The notes: generated from the letters alone by a model not told the origin. 64,000 nt of DNA from Gemmatimonadaceae bacterium (GCA_051859245.1 JBHYGA010000001.1:896001-960000); one strand, 5' to 3'. Numbered from the stretch's first letter, positions 1 to 10,648 are shown. Numbers and translations: made by a program.

Positions 1-351
1 TACCAGATGCACCGTGCCGCCGGTTTCGCGCGCGCGGGCACACGCCTCGCGCAGTGCCGCATTCTCGAAGAACGCGCCAGTCTCGATTGACGCACCGATG
101 CGCACCAGATCCTGCATCACCACGCGACCCGCGCCAAGATTGAGATGGCCGACTTCGCTGTTGCCCATTTGACCGGCGGGCAGCCCAACCGATGGCCCAG
201 ATGCGGACAGCAGTGTGCGCGTGGGTGTTGCCCAAAGCGCCTTCCAGTTGGGCGCATCGGCCAGTGCGATCGCGTTCGCATCTCGCGATTCGCGATATCC
301 CCATCCATCGAGGATGATCAGTGCAACAGGTCTGGCAACAGTGGCAGTCAT
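1..351 (-). CDS. gpmI: 2,3-bisphosphoglycerate-independent phosphoglycerate mutase, 5' part (runs off window)
   Basis: Manual translation: MTATVARPVALIILDGWGYR...VGLPAGQMGNSEVGHLNLGAGRVVMQD. LDGWG and QMGNSEVGH are iPGM signatures. Not in the ORF track because it is truncated. Confidence 0.93.
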   Translation of the reverse strand, partial: MTATVARPVALIILDGWGYRESRDANAIALADAPNWKALWATPTRTLLSASGPSVGLPAGQMGNSEVGHLNLGAGRVVMQDLVRIGASIETGAFFENAALREACARARETGGTVHLV

Positions 352-504
352 CCTTGCTCGGTGCAGGACATTGGGTACGTTTGCAGAGAACGCGTGCGGT
401 GCATCGGTTGATCAAGCAGTCGATGCATTGGCGCCGGTGAACGCAGTCTGTGCATCATCCACCGTGCGCGCGAAATGTACCCACCCTGCACATCCGCTCC
501 AACA

Positions 505-1653
505 ATGCGCCAACAGTCTGGCTCTCGTTCTGCACGGTCTCTCAGGCGCTTTCGATTCAGTGCGGTGTCAGCTGTTGTGGCTATATGCACGACCGTGGTG
601 GGCGCGGCACTGGTACAGGCGCAAACGCCGCGACGAGGGGATCGGGTCACCGTACGCGCCGGCACCGCGCTGCGTGGGACACCCGGCGGCGACGTGATCG
701 GCGTCTCAAGTCGCGACATCACCTCAGCGGTGGAGCTCACGCAGACCACGTTCGTACGAATCTCCGTCGACGGATTTGTTGAGGCTACGGCGATTCGATA
801 TACCGCCGATCGCTCGCGAGGCGAGGTGTCGGGCGCGGCAGGGGCAACGCTCCGGGCGGCTGCGAACCAGGCATCCGCGGCGGTGGCAGAGCTGCGCCGC
901 AGCACGTACGTCTTTCCCACGCGGAACGGCGGCAGCTTTCCGGCGCCCAGAGCTGGCGCCTGGGTTCCCGCGCGTCGCTCGCTGTGGGTCGACGTGAGCC
1001 GCCTCGAGTCGCGTCCCGTCGCGGCCCGCCCCAGCGCGCGTCCCGCGCCCGCGGCGAGAACGGAATCCGCGCGAACGGAGACGGCGCCTGCGGATTCCAT
1101 CGCGCAGTCCGCGCAAGCGGCGCCTGCAGCCCCGGCGGTCGATCCCTCGGCGCCAACGCTCGAAACCCGCGGTCCGTCCTCACTGCAAGCCGGTCCGGGA
1201 GGCGATGTCCTGGCCAACATCCCCGGCGGAGTTCGGCTCGTGCCGCTTGGCCGGGAAAACGGCTGGATGCGCGTGCGCATTGAGGGATGGCTGCCGGATT
1301 CGTCCGTCGAGGCAGCGGGCACGAGGTCGGCCGGCTCGCTCTCGGCGGCTGACCTGCGCGCCAACCCGGCGGGCACGGCGGGACGGCTCGTGCGCTGGTC
1401 AGTCGAGTCGCTGTCCTTCCAAACCGCCGATGAACTCCGAAAAGGCCTGACCCCCGGCGAAGCCTACCTGCTCGCGCGCGGCCCGGGAGCCGAGCGGGCG
1501 GTGCTGTATCTGGCCCTGCCGGACTCCCTCGTGGCCCGCGCGCAGGCACTACCGCCGCTCGCCGAAATCACCATTACCGCACGGGTTCGGAACGGGCGCA
1601 GTCAGCCGTCTGGCGTGCCGGTGCTCGATTTGCTGGATCTCGCGCGCCGGTAG
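505..1653 (+). CDS. Secreted protein with bacterial SH3-like repeats, an Ala/Pro linker and a C-terminal beta domain
   Basis: Signal peptide (...GAALVQA). SH3b-like segments such as LQAGPGGDVLANIPGGVRLVPLGRENGWMRVRIEGW and LRGTPGGDVIG. Start chosen at ATG 505. Confidence 0.65.
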   Translation: MRQQSGSRSARSLRRFRFSAVSAVVAICTTVVGAALVQAQTPRRGDRVTVRAGTALRGTPGGDVIGVSSRDITSAVELTQTTFVRISVDGFVEATAIRYTADRSRGEVSGAAGATLRAAANQASAAVAELRRSTYVFPTRNGGSFPAPRAGAWVPARRSLWVDVSRLESRPVAARPSARPAPAARTESARTETAPADSIAQSAQAAPAAPAVDPSAPTLETRGPSSLQAGPGGDVLANIPGGVRLVPLGRENGWMRVRIEGWLPDSSVEAAGTRSAGSLSAADLRANPAGTAGRLVRWSVESLSFQTADELRKGLTPGEAYLLARGPGAERAVLYLALPDSLVARAQALPPLAEITITARVRNGRSQPSGVPVLDLLDLARR

Positions 1654-1963
1654 GAACTTGCGGCGCGCGTCTGCCGTAGTGGCAGCTGCGGTGAAATGTC
1701 TCACGATGTGACAATCAGGGGACCCTCAGCGTACCCTATGGGTACGGAGGGCGTACTGCGTGCGGCCAGACCCGCTAGATTCAGCATATGCATCCTGTGA
1801 CGGTGCTGGATCGTCAGAACAGCGGGTCGCGCGAGTGTTCTCCGCGCTTAAGGTCTTGCTTTGCTTCCGGAATCCTTGTGCCTGTGAATTCTTCGTTCTA
1901 CAATCGCCGTGCCCACACGCTGCTCGGCCATCGCGCGCTCGCCGCGGCGACCGTGGGGCTGCG

Positions 1964-3028
1964 GTGAGCCCGACTCACGAATCGGCGGCGCATCGCGAAC
2001 AGCAGCGTCAGAAGGCGCGTGCCGCCAAGCGGCGCGGCATGGTGAATCGTCGCGTCGTCATGGGGCTCACGTTCGTGGCGGCCATGGCCGGATTGTGGTG
2101 GTATGAACCCGCCGATGCCATGCGCTACGAACCACCGAACACAAACGCGGCGCCGAGTGAACCGAGCGTGGTGAGTGCGCGCGAAGCGTTTGGCACCAGT
2201 GGACATGTGCGTATGCAGTTTGTGCGCGCCGGCGAAGCGATCACGTTCCCTCTGGAAGTGCGCGGCAGCGGACTCGGCTACACGTATCAGTGGATGCGTG
2301 TGGGAACGAACGAGAGCGGCGACGTGGCGCGTCCGCTCACGGAAACTCAATTGCTGGCACCGCTCACGGCGGGCATCTACGAGTTGCAGCTCACGCGCGG
2401 CGCAGAAGTACAGCGACTCGCCGAGCCGAAGGTTGCCGTGCTCGTGCCGTTTGAACGCAAGCTGGGTGGACTGCTCAACGGCTATCGCATCGGGCAATAT
2501 CCTGCTGAATGGTCCTCAGGTCGCGATCGCTTCCAGCGGCCGCCTGGCTTTGTGGAAGTGCAGGAAGCAGACGCGGACCTGAAGCTGTCCACGCATTTGC
2601 AGGTCTCGGATTTTCTCACGCACGATGCGCAGAAACAGTGGCCACGCTACGTGGCCATCGATCCGCGCGTCGTCGACAAGATTGAGCTGGTATTGCAGGA
2701 ACTCGCGCGACGCCGCGGCGATGACAAAATCGTGTTCGATGTGCGCGTGCACAGCGGGTTCCGCACACCACTGCACAATGCCGGGGTCGAGGGATCGGCG
2801 CGCGATTCGCGGCACATGTACGGCGATGCAGCAGACGTTGCCATCGACGCCGACGGCGACGGTCGCTTCACAATTTTCGATGCTTATCAGGTCGAGCGCG
2901 CGGTCGACTGGATTGAGGGAACCACACCATTCCTTGCTGGTGGGATGGGGGTGTACTCGAGTCCACGCTGGCCTACGCCGTACGTTCACATTGATGCGCG
3001 CGGCGAACGCAAACGCTGGCGCGGGTGA
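1964..3028 (+). CDS. Peptidase M15A family D-Ala-D-Ala carboxypeptidase-like metallohydrolase, membrane anchored
   Basis: SGFRTPLHN, SRHMYGDAAD (SxHxxGxAxD) and YVHIDARG motifs plus an N-terminal TM segment. Start uncertain (1964 GTG or 2039 ATG). Confidence 0.8.
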   Translation: MSPTHESAAHREQQRQKARAAKRRGMVNRRVVMGLTFVAAMAGLWWYEPADAMRYEPPNTNAAPSEPSVVSAREAFGTSGHVRMQFVRAGEAITFPLEVRGSGLGYTYQWMRVGTNESGDVARPLTETQLLAPLTAGIYELQLTRGAEVQRLAEPKVAVLVPFERKLGGLLNGYRIGQYPAEWSSGRDRFQRPPGFVEVQEADADLKLSTHLQVSDFLTHDAQKQWPRYVAIDPRVVDKIELVLQELARRRGDDKIVFDVRVHSGFRTPLHNAGVEGSARDSRHMYGDAADVAIDADGDGRFTIFDAYQVERAVDWIEGTTPFLAGGMGVYSSPRWPTPYVHIDARGERKRWRG

Positions 3029-3033
3029 CCTCT

Positions 3034-3486
3034 ATGAATCCGAATCTTCGGGATCGATTGTTGCGCAAGCTGGAAACGCTGAGCGATGAGCGCGGCTATC
3101 AGGTGCTCGACTACGTCGATTTTCTCGAGAGCAAGTACGCTGAGAAAGCACCGACGCCGGTTTCGCTGCTGCAGCGCTTCACCGACGGTGTCGAAGATCG
3201 GTTGCGCACCGGCGGTGTGGCGGCGTCTACGGTTGTCGAGACCATGGGACTGCTGAACCGTGCGGTCGGTGTACTCGGTGGTGTCGCCGCGGCCGGCATG
3301 TCTGTCGCTACCGACGTTGCGAGCGCTGGCATGTCGGTCGCCACGGATGTCGCGTCCGCGGCCTCTCGCATTGTCACGCCAACGCCCGGCGCACCCAGCG
3401 CGGCGCCATCTGCCACCGCACCGAATACACCGCCGCCCGCCGCACCGCCGGGGAATAGCGGCAACGTGGGTGGAGCGCCCGCGTGA
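3034..3486 (+). CDS. Hypothetical protein (DUF2281-like N-terminus, tandem 11-aa repeat, Pro/Ala tail)
   Basis: LETLSDERGYQVLDYVDFLESKY resembles DUF2281. Abuts both neighbours. Confidence 0.65.
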   Translation: MNPNLRDRLLRKLETLSDERGYQVLDYVDFLESKYAEKAPTPVSLLQRFTDGVEDRLRTGGVAASTVVETMGLLNRAVGVLGGVAAAGMSVATDVASAGMSVATDVASAASRIVTPTPGAPSAAPSATAPNTPPPAAPPGNSGNVGGAPA

Positions 3487-4013
3487 TCGGCGAAGAGGCT
3501 CCGCGGCGCCGATCGCGCGAAGAGCGTATGCGCGATCGACAGGCGTCACCACGCAGCGAACACGTGTCCGATCGCGCCACCGCCCGACTCTCCTCGCGAT
3601 CGCGTGGCGACGACGGCAGGCCCCGCCCGCGCTCCGGGGCCAAGCGCACCCTCATGAGCACGATTCGTGATTTGCCGGCCTATCTCAAGCTGCTCGCCGG
3701 GCTGATGAGTGATGGCGCGGTCTCGCGGGTGGATCGCCTGCTCGTAGTGGGCGCGATTGCGTACATCATCAGCCCCGTGGATCTGGTCCCGGACGTCATT
3801 CCGTTTCTCGGACAGGTGGATGACGTCTATCTGCTCGTGCTCGCGATTCAGCGACTGGTCAAGCGGGCAGGTCGTGGGACCATTATGCGCTACTGGCGCG
3901 GGGATCCGCGGGCGCTCTCCGACAAGGCGCTGGCGCGCGTGGTCGGCGCCGCCACGTTCTTTCTTCCCGGTCGCACCAAGCAGAAGATCACGCGCTTGAT
4001 GGGTCGCTGGTAG
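3483..4013 (+). CDS. DUF1232 (YkvA family) membrane protein
   Basis: AIAYIISPVDLVPDVIPFLGQVDD signature. Confidence 0.88.
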   Translation: MIGEEAPRRRSREERMRDRQASPRSEHVSDRATARLSSRSRGDDGRPRPRSGAKRTLMSTIRDLPAYLKLLAGLMSDGAVSRVDRLLVVGAIAYIISPVDLVPDVIPFLGQVDDVYLLVLAIQRLVKRAGRGTIMRYWRGDPRALSDKALARVVGAATFFLPGRTKQKITRLMGRW

Positions 4014-5663
<1,650 letters not shown>

Positions 5664-5670
5664 TTTGTTC

Positions 5671-6747
5671 ATGAACTCAACGCAGGCACCGGCGCGCCGA
5701 ACGCCGACTGACAACGCTGTCATTGAAGATCTGTTCTCGGTGCCGCGCGCTCGCGCAAAGGCGATTCGTGAACTCGAGCCGTTGCTGCGACCGGGAATCA
5801 CGGTGGCGCTGTCGACGCATCTCAATGCGGACGGCGACGGATGCGGTTCGGAAGCGGCACTGGCGCGGCTGTTGATGCAGCGCGGCATGAACGTGCGCAT
5901 CGTGAATCCCACGCCCTGGCCCACGTTGTTCAACTTTTTGTTGGGCAATGATGTTGAAGACGCGTCGCCTCGCGGCGCTGAGGCGCTGGAAGGCATCGAT
6001 CTGCTGTTGGTGCTGGATATCAACGATGTGCGCCGCCTTGGTGTGCTGGCCGACGCCGTTCGCGGGCTCACCGTGCCGATTGGCGTGATTGATCATCATG
6101 TCGCGGGTGACGAACCGGTTGGCCAGGTCACGTACGCGGATACCACCGCCTGTGCGACCGGCGAGCTGGTGTTTGATCTGGCGCGCGAGCTTGGGCTGGC
6201 GATCACGCCGGCGATTGCGGAGTCGCTGTACTGCGCCATTCTCACCGACACCGGTGGCTTTCGTTTCAGCAACACATCACCGCGCTGCCATGCCGTTGCG
6301 GCGGCGTTGCTGTCTGCGGGCGTGGCGCCGGAGTCGATGTACCGACTCATTTATGCGCAGGTCAAGCCGGCGCGACTGCACCTGCTTCGCGAAGCGCTGA
6401 GCACGCTGCAACTTGATCCGGAAATCGGGTTGAGCTGGATTACGCTCACGTACGATGTGGTGCACCGGCTCGGTGCGACCACCGATGACGTGGATGGTCT
6501 GGTTGAGCATCCACGATCGGTGGCCGGCACACGTCTGGCGCTGATGTTCCGCGATCTGGGGCACGGCAAGGTGAAGGTGTCGTTTCGCAGTACGGGGAAC
6601 ATCGACGCGCAGTTGTTGGCCAGACAGTTCGGCGGCGGCGGACATGTCAAGGCGTCGGGCGCACTGCTCGCCGGAACACTCGCCGAAACGGAAGCCAACG
6701 TGATTGCCGCCGCACGGGAATATCTCGCGAGTATTCCGCGAGCGTAA
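5671..6747 (+). CDS. nrnA: DHH-family oligoribonuclease/pAp phosphatase
   Basis: HLNADGD, IDHH, TDTGGF, SFRS and GGGGH motifs. Confidence 0.9.
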   Translation: MNSTQAPARRTPTDNAVIEDLFSVPRARAKAIRELEPLLRPGITVALSTHLNADGDGCGSEAALARLLMQRGMNVRIVNPTPWPTLFNFLLGNDVEDASPRGAEALEGIDLLLVLDINDVRRLGVLADAVRGLTVPIGVIDHHVAGDEPVGQVTYADTTACATGELVFDLARELGLAITPAIAESLYCAILTDTGGFRFSNTSPRCHAVAAALLSAGVAPESMYRLIYAQVKPARLHLLREALSTLQLDPEIGLSWITLTYDVVHRLGATTDDVDGLVEHPRSVAGTRLALMFRDLGHGKVKVSFRSTGNIDAQLLARQFGGGGHVKASGALLAGTLAETEANVIAAAREYLASIPRA

Positions 6748-6751
6748 CGCG

Positions 6752-7117
6752 CTACATCTCCTCCATGTCGCCCGGCGACTTGAAGTAGTTCTTGTACAGC
6801 GTCTTGGTGGTCTCGGTTTCGCACCCGTACCACGGGATCACGCCCACATACGGAAACGCTGGCAAGTAGTATCCTTTCCAGCTCCAGCCACAATCCGAGT
6901 ACGTGGTTTCTTCGCCGCAGACTTCAATCAAGCCAGCGCCGCACGGCGAGTAGTACATTTTGGTTTCGGATTGCGCGACCAGTTGCGACGCGAACGCACC
7001 TGTTGCCAGCAACGCCGCGAGCCCGATCAGCAACCGAGTATGCGCGCCCTTCGCTCGGCCTGCTGCGTTGGGTGACTGCCGGCGTGCTTTGGCGAGACGG
7101 GATGTTGTGGTAAGCAT
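6752..7117 (-). CDS. Secreted Cys-scaffold miniprotein, paralogue 2
   Basis: GAGG SD upstream of ATG and a hydrophobic signal segment (LLIGLAALLATGAFASQLVA). The mature part has 4 Cys and is clearly similar to 8900..9292. Confidence 0.8.
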   Translation of the reverse strand: MLTTTSRLAKARRQSPNAAGRAKGAHTRLLIGLAALLATGAFASQLVAQSETKMYYSPCGAGLIEVCGEETTYSDCGWSWKGYYLPAFPYVGVIPWYGCETETTKTLYKNYFKSPGDMEEM

Positions 7118-7162
7118 CATGACCTCACGAGAGAAAGAGTATAGGACGTATGCGAACATCGC

Positions 7163-8296
7163 TCAGCGCGACACGCTGTCGTTCGCGGTGATGCGGCGCC
7201 ACGCAACCAACTGCGGGGCAACCATGCTGTTGCGCATGGTGTAGAGCGTTCCGTTCGCGTACACCGCGTATTCGAGATCACGGTGTGGTGCTGGCCATGA
7301 CACGCGGTATCGTCCGAAGCGATCGAACAGGTCGAGTATCGGTTTGTCCGGGCCAGGTGCACCGCGAAACGTGATGAGCACGGTGTCATTCCAGGTGGAC
7401 CCTCGAGTGGCCGCCGACGTGCCACTCTCCATTTCGGTCCGCACCACTGGTTTTCCGTCTACCTGGCGCGATTGCGTGGTAAACGTTGGTGTCTCCAGCG
7501 CTTCGGCGTATGGCTGCAGTGTGAGTGCGCGAGCGTCGGCCGTGACGCCGCCGATGCCGTAACCGAACATGGTGAACACCGTACACGCATCACTGGCCTC
7601 GCCACGCGCAAACGCGGCGCTGGTGACCATGCTCGGCGCGGACGCGGGGAGTTCCACGGGAAACGCGAAGCGCGCGAGTGGTGAGGACTCACGACTGCGC
7701 GTGAGCCAGGCGCCGTTTCGTTGTGTTACGCCAACCAGTGAGCCGTCACGGAGCGCACAGATTGACGAGGCGTGCTGCTGCGGTCCGGGCTGCTGGTTCG
7801 CCAGCAAAGAACCACTCGGGGCAATCGTGGAAACGCGACCCAGTTGCACATCGAGTGCGAGGATGTTGCCCGCCGAGTCCATGGTGATATCGTTGATCTC
7901 CTGGAACTCACCGGGGCCAGCGCCTTTTCTGCCCACCGACCATCGCGTTTCTCCCGAACTGCGATCAAACGCGTGGATCTGCAGTGTCCCCTCATCCACG
8001 ATCACGACTCCATCCCGGTACGGAAGTGCGATTGGCACAACGGCGAACAACGCTTCTTCGCGCTTGCCACCGCGTGTCCACACCACCTGCCAGCCGGTGC
8101 TGTCGATCACGCGCTGTGATGGTGCTTGCCCGTTGAGCGAGGCCTGAATCAGCGCGTCACCTGGTGCGAGCGATGCGTCGGCAGGTGCGTCCGTTGCGGA
8201 GGAATTTTTCGCCGTTGTATCCGAACCTGCACAGCCAAACGCGGCGAACAGTGTGAGCAGCGCCAACGTGATCGAAGGGACACGATGCAGGCTCAT
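7163..8296 (-). CDS. 6-bladed beta-propeller lipoprotein (DUF5128/NHL-like)
   Basis: Lipobox LFAAFGC and VGRKGAGPGEFQEINDI (GxxGxGPGEF). ATGA overlap with the upstream gene. Confidence 0.8.
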   Translation of the reverse strand: MSLHRVPSITLALLTLFAAFGCAGSDTTAKNSSATDAPADASLAPGDALIQASLNGQAPSQRVIDSTGWQVVWTRGGKREEALFAVVPIALPYRDGVVIVDEGTLQIHAFDRSSGETRWSVGRKGAGPGEFQEINDITMDSAGNILALDVQLGRVSTIAPSGSLLANQQPGPQQHASSICALRDGSLVGVTQRNGAWLTRSRESSPLARFAFPVELPASAPSMVTSAAFARGEASDACTVFTMFGYGIGGVTADARALTLQPYAEALETPTFTTQSRQVDGKPVVRTEMESGTSAATRGSTWNDTVLITFRGAPGPDKPILDLFDRFGRYRVSWPAPHRDLEYAVYANGTLYTMRNSMVAPQLVAWRRITANDSVSR

Positions 8297-8916
8297 GGCA
8301 CGGGGGGATTGGGGTTGTTGGTGACGAGTCGGGCAATGGCGGCGAGTTGTACGGTGCGTTCCACCGGACCTGGCGGAGAGGCGCCAGCATATCGAAGTCG
8401 GTGCTCCCCATCGAACAGCATGAGCGTTGGCGTGCTGCGATGACCGAGTGCGACCATGGTGCCGCGTTGCGCCGACGACAGTACGGCGAGTGTTGCATGT
8501 TGCAGGCTGCGCGGCAGTCGGTCGCGAAGCCCCACCGTGTCTGCAGCCAGGCCCTCCACCAGCAGCACGCGATGTGGCACGTGTGACGAGATCGACGGTC
8601 GCTCAAACAGCGCGAACACTCCGAGGTTGCCATCGCAGTCTTTGGCCTGCGCCACGATCACCGCCGTAAACGCGCGCGTTGAGTCTGCAGGTTGTACGGC
8701 GTCGAGCAATGTTGCCCCGGCCCCGCGACGCACCGTTGTAAAGCGCGCCGACATCAGCGTCGCCGAAAACATGGCCGCAATGAGCATGAGCAGCAGCGTG
8801 CCGATGCCGTCACCGATAGCGGAGTAGCGAGCCGCGTTACGCCGCATCGCCGAGGCCAAGGAACCGGGCGTCTTGCGACGCCCGTCCTCATGTGATGGGT
8901 CAGCACTCCGAGGCAT
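8293..8916 (-). CDS. Membrane-anchored thioredoxin/peroxiredoxin-like protein with a single Cys
   Basis: TM segment, then beta strand plus AKDCDGN at the CxxC position, and STPTLMLFDGEHRLRYAG (cis-Pro motif). Fold assignment is inferred. Confidence 0.55.
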   Translation of the reverse strand: MPRSADPSHEDGRRKTPGSLASAMRRNAARYSAIGDGIGTLLLMLIAAMFSATLMSARFTTVRRGAGATLLDAVQPADSTRAFTAVIVAQAKDCDGNLGVFALFERPSISSHVPHRVLLVEGLAADTVGLRDRLPRSLQHATLAVLSSAQRGTMVALGHRSTPTLMLFDGEHRLRYAGASPPGPVERTVQLAAIARLVTNNPNPPVP

Positions 8917-9292
8917 ACTCTTCGTCGAGTCCGTCGCTCATATCCGTGCGACCCGGATTGGTCGCGTCTTTCGGCGCCCACTGGAAGCACACGCCAAGCT
9001 CCGTGCTGTTCTTGTCGTAGTTCTTGTACAGATTCTTGGTGGTGGTGCCCGTGCAGCTTTCACCCTCGTACTTGAATCCGAACACGCGGGCAATGATGCC
9101 AAGATCGATGCCCCACTTGTCGCTGCAGTTAGTGCCGGTGGTTTCGGAACCGCAGACTTCGAGCACGCCGTTGCCGCAGGTGGTGTAGATGATTTCGGGG
9201 CCGATTTCGTACGCACGCGCCGTGTTGGCGGCCATGGTGACAGCAAGAACAAGGGTGGCGGCGAGACCGCCGAACCAGGTGAGTCGGGTCAT
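8900..9292 (-). CDS. Secreted Cys-scaffold miniprotein, paralogue 1
   Basis: AGAGGA SD and Sec signal peptide ending ARA. Six Cys in the mature part, motif shared with 6752..7117. Confidence 0.85.
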   Translation of the reverse strand: MTRLTWFGGLAATLVLAVTMAANTARAYEIGPEIIYTTCGNGVLEVCGSETTGTNCSDKWGIDLGIIARVFGFKYEGESCTGTTTKNLYKNYDKNSTELGVCFQWAPKDATNPGRTDMSDGLDEEYASEC

Positions 9293-9511
9293 GGAAGGGT
9301 CCTCTCAGGTGCTGCGAGGTAGTGAGCAGCGGCGGGAATCGTTCGCTGCGTCCAACGGGCCGCCCGGTCGGCCTGTTTGACTCGCGCAGTATGCGTGCGG
9401 TCTGTCATCCGCATGTCACCAAAACACCGCGCGTGTTATCACCAGCCCGCCGCCGCGCTGCGACTCACCGAGCTGCTTGGAGCTCCCGTCCGCGGGGACT
9501 AACTTTCGCGA

Positions 9512-10648
9512 ATGACTCAGACTCTTCAGGAACGCATTGCGACCGCCCTTCGGGGCGTGGCGCACCCGCGCAGCGGGACCGACGTGCTCTCCGCCGACGC
9601 CGTTCGCGATATTGGCACCACGACCGATGGCAAGGTCCGCCTGACCGTGCTCCTCGCGGCCGATGACGACGCCGAACTCGTGCGCGAAGTGCGCGACGCC
9701 GTGCAAAGCGTGAGCGGCGTGAGCGACGTACGTGTCGACGTGAAAGACCCGGCCCAGTTTGCCAAGTCACCGCCGCCGGAGCCAGCGCGTCCGGCCTCGC
9801 GATCGTTGCCGGTGATGGATGCCGCACCGGCCGCGCCGCGGAACGTGGCGCCGCCGCCGCAGGTGGCCTACCCGCAGCTCGGGCGAATCATTGCGGTGTC
9901 ATCGGGTAAGGGAGGCGTGGGCAAATCCACCATGGCCGTGAATCTTGCCATCGCGCTCGCGCAGCGCGGTGCACGGGTCGGCATTATGGACGCCGATGTG
10001 TACGGCCCCAATCTCCCACTCATGCTCGGCGTTGATCACGCGCCCGCTGTGCGTGACGAGAAAATCATTCCGCTCGAAGCACATGGCATCAAAGTGATGT
10101 CGATCGGTTTTCTCATCGAAAAAGAGCAGCCGGCGATCTGGCGCGGTCCCATCGTCATGAAAATCATCACGCAATTCCTGCGCGATGTCGCGTGGGGACA
10201 ACTCGACTATTTCCTGGTCGACATGCCACCTGGCACGGGAGACGCGCAGTTGTCGCTCGTGCAAGCGACGTCAGTGCACGGCGCAGTCATCGTCACTACG
10301 CCACAGCAAGTCGCGGTGGGTGACGCGTTGCGTGGTGTGAAAATGTTTGAGCGCACATCGGTACCGGTGCTTGGCATCATCGAAAACATGTCGTGGTTCG
10401 AAAACCCCGAAACGGGCAAGCCGATCGCGTTGTTCGGAACGGGCGGCGGGCAGCGTCTTGCCACCGAGACGGATCTTCCACTGCTCGGGCAAGTGCCGGT
10501 TGATCCGCGCATTCAGGAGGGCGGCGACACCGGACGGCCAATCATTGTGGCCGAGCCCGATTCGAAAGCGGCGCGTGCGATTCGATCGATCGCTGAAGCC
10601 GTCGTCTCGCGCATGGATGCGCGGTGGGGCGCGGTTGCAGGTGCGTAG
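9512..10648 (+). CDS. mrp: Mrp/NBP35 (ApbC) Fe-S cluster carrier ATPase
   Basis: SGKGGVGKST, DADVYGP, WRGP, DMPPGTGD and ENMS motifs, plus an N-terminal DUF59-like domain. Confidence 0.95.
   Translation: MTQTLQERIATALRGVAHPRSGTDVLSADAVRDIGTTTDGKVRLTVLLAADDDAELVREVRDAVQSVSGVSDVRVDVKDPAQFAKSPPPEPARPASRSLPVMDAAPAAPRNVAPPPQVAYPQLGRIIAVSSGKGGVGKSTMAVNLAIALAQRGARVGIMDADVYGPNLPLMLGVDHAPAVRDEKIIPLEAHGIKVMSIGFLIEKEQPAIWRGPIVMKIITQFLRDVAWGQLDYFLVDMPPGTGDAQLSLVQATSVHGAVIVTTPQQVAVGDALRGVKMFERTSVPVLGIIENMSWFENPETGKPIALFGTGGGQRLATETDLPLLGQVPVDPRIQEGGDTGRPIIVAEPDSKAARAIRSIAEAVVSRMDARWGAVAGA

Noticed and set aside
348..1376. Long antisense or alternate-frame ORFs (e.g. 348..1376, 24033..25190, 25997..26977, 28720..29871, 56487..57458)
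   Set aside because: Shadow ORFs typical of high-GC DNA. They overlap well-supported genes and carry no recognisable motifs.
6752..9292. Classical RiPP cluster (lanthipeptide or ranthipeptide)
   Set aside because: The precursors carry Sec-type signal peptides, and no radical SAM, LanM, YcaO or peptidase-ABC transporter gene is nearby.
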